Part shown: positions 30,669 to 32,000 of the stretch, in pieces | Layout: each line of letters begins with the position of its first letter | Position numbering within the stretch: position 1 is the first letter of the stretch | Program-made: the position numbers and the translations under genes | Source: Candidatus Atelocyanobacterium thalassa isolate ALOHA | GTDB taxonomy: Bacteria; Cyanobacteriota; Cyanobacteriia; Cyanobacteriales; Microcystaceae | Reading direction: 5' to 3' | DNA: 32,000 nucleotides | NCBI RefSeq assembly: GCF_000025125.1 | Contig: NC_013771.1 | Coordinates: forward strand, 810,001 to 842,000 | Notes under the pieces: model-generated | Databases searched by the model: none | Told to the model about the DNA's origin: nothing | What the model saw: only the letters and a program-made list of their open reading frames with translations

Positions 30669-32000
30669 TTATTTAATATCAGAAGCAATATACTTTATCA
30701 GTTTTTGTTCGAGAGATTTATGAGGTATCTTCATTAATATTTCACGCATAAAAGCATCTACTAGCAGATGACGCGCTTCAAGTTCGCTTAAACCACGACT
30801 TTGTAGATAAAAAAGCTCATTAGCTTCTAACTGGGTAATAGTAGCACCATGAGAACATTTAACATTGTCTGCTATGATTTGGAGCTCTGGCTTAGTGTTT
30901 ATATGAGAATTTTTTGATAACAGTAAATTACGATTTAGTTGTTTAGCTTTAGTTATTTGAGCAAGTTTAGATACAATAATTTTTCCATCAAAAATTCCAT
31001 GAGCTTTATCATCAATGACGTATTTGTGTAACTGATCAATTATTCCGTTAGGATAATTAAGATTAATAGAAGTTTTAGTACAAGAAATTTGGTCATTACC
31101 AAGAAGACTCAAGCCATTTAAATAGCTTTCTGTCCGAGCTCCATTTTGAAAAATTTCTATATTATTACGAGAAACCTTCGATCCTAAATCAAACTGATTT
31201 AGGACATAAAAACTGTCTTGATTTTGAGTAATATTACTTTTGCTAATATGGAAACTAATATTTGATTCCAGCTGTATTCGACTATGAATAACTCGTGAAT
31301 TATCTTTTAAAAAAATTTCTGTTACAGAATTAGTAAAATAAGGAACAATTTGATCTAATTCCAAATATGGATTTTCTACAGTTGAATAGTATTCAACTAT
31401 AGAAAGATCAGATCCCTTCTCTGCTACAACTAATGTACGTGGTTGTATTAGTAAAGAATTTTTCTGTTTAGTTGCAATAAATAACAACTGAATTGGATCT
31501 TTAATAGTTATATTCTCGTTAACTATTATGATTGCAGGATCAACTAGGCCTATCGTATTAAGTCTACTAAATATATCTTTCTTATTTTGGTCACTATTTA
31601 ACAAAGTATATATTTCATTTTTCTTTATATCTGGTACATCTTGCAATGTACCAATAAATATATCATCAGACGATAAAGCAATATCTGATAAAGCTCTATC
31701 ATATTGGCCATCTACAAATACGATGCAATTAGAATTAGCTTCAGAAACAACGAGATCTTTAATACTTTCTTTTGTAATTTTTGTAGCTTTTGCAATTTTA
31801 AATTGATATTTATATAGTTCCGCAAGATTCATAAATCTCCATTCTTCCTCTTTAGAGGTAGGAAAAGATAACTCTTTAATTTTCTGAAGTGAATCCTGTT
31901 TTAAACTTTGAAAACTATCAATATCATCAATATGAAATTGACTTAATAGGTTGTCTAAATAAACTTCTTTATTCGTTGTTTCTAATATGGAGTTTTTCAT
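30669..32000 (-). CDS. sufD: Fe-S cluster assembly protein SufD (ATG coincides with the last three bases of the window)
   Basis: 443 aa. The C-terminal beta-helix and signature NTKPELQIIADNVKCSHGATITQLEANELFYLQSRGLSELEARHLLVDAF are typical of SufD. The true start cannot be confirmed because the upstream sequence is missing. Confidence 0.88.
   Translation of the reverse strand: MKNSILETTNKEVYLDNLLSQFHIDDIDSFQSLKQDSLQKIKELSFPTSKEEEWRFMNLAELYKYQFKIAKATKITKESIKDLVVSEANSNCIVFVDGQYDRALSDIALSSDDIFIGTLQDVPDIKKNEIYTLLNSDQNKKDIFSRLNTIGLVDPAIIIVNENITIKDPIQLLFIATKQKNSLLIQPRTLVVAEKGSDLSIVEYYSTVENPYLELDQIVPYFTNSVTEIFLKDNSRVIHSRIQLESNISFHISKSNITQNQDSFYVLNQFDLGSKVSRNNIEIFQNGARTESYLNGLSLLGNDQISCTKTSINLNYPNGIIDQLHKYVIDDKAHGIFDGKIIVSKLAQITKAKQLNRNLLLSKNSHINTKPELQIIADNVKCSHGATITQLEANELFYLQSRGLSELEARHLLVDAFMREILMKIPHKSLEQKLIKYIASDIK

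Noticed and set aside
5561-31806. Other antisense or overlapping ORFs in the track: 5561-5860(-), 7904-8128(+), 12710-12982(-), 13701-13958(-), 16121-16348(+), 22468-22677(-), 24831-25103(-), 28249-28494(+), 31528-31806(+)
   Set aside because: Each lies wholly inside a longer ORF on the opposite strand whose product has clear conserved motifs. None has a recognisable motif of its own.

Overview
This is a visibly AT-rich, gene-dense chromosomal segment from a cyanobacterium. The genome looks reduced: composition is extremely AT-biased, AT-only spacers are long, two conserved genes are broken, and I saw no mobile DNA. The PsaA/PsaB, ClpP3/ClpR and SufS/SufD proteins most resemble unicellular beta-cyanobacteria of the Cyanothece/Crocosphaera type. 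A UCYN-A-like symbiont would fit, but that is inference only. Gene order is: psaA (3' end)-psaB; a hotdog thioesterase (probably the phylloquinone DHNA-CoA hydrolase) with an orphan membrane protein; a Cu(I) P1B-ATPase; clpR-clpP3; a short squalene/phytoene-synthase-like gene; the rimP-nusA-ylxR-infB operon; a 998-aa GT4-linker-GT2 fusion glycosyltransferase; a tsaC/yrdC-type gene; a CCA-adding/poly(A)-polymerase family enzyme; remA-gmk; rlmN; a 523-aa radical SAM protein; an LpxB-related protein with an MsbA-like ABC exporter; and sufD-sufS. I found no rRNA, tRNA, CRISPR, transposase, integrase or phage genes, and no convincing defence or mobile system. The content is overwhelmingly housekeeping. 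The points most worth a second look are these: (1) rimP and the tsaC-type gene each carry a single +1 frameshift, and both shifts sit in nearly the same purine-rich context, AAAGA(N1-2)AGAATG. (2) Two exceptionally long perfect palindromes lie between convergent genes: an 83-nt hairpin at 6822-6904 and a 42-nt palindrome at 15338-15379. (3) The large GT fusion protein has an uncharacterised ~230-aa central module and lies next to a 0.7 kb AT desert. (4) The LpxB-related/MsbA-like pair is conserved but functionally unassigned. (5) The otherwise invariant FX-cluster loop of PsaA carries a Pro->Ser change. All homology calls rest on motif recognition by eye. No database search was run.
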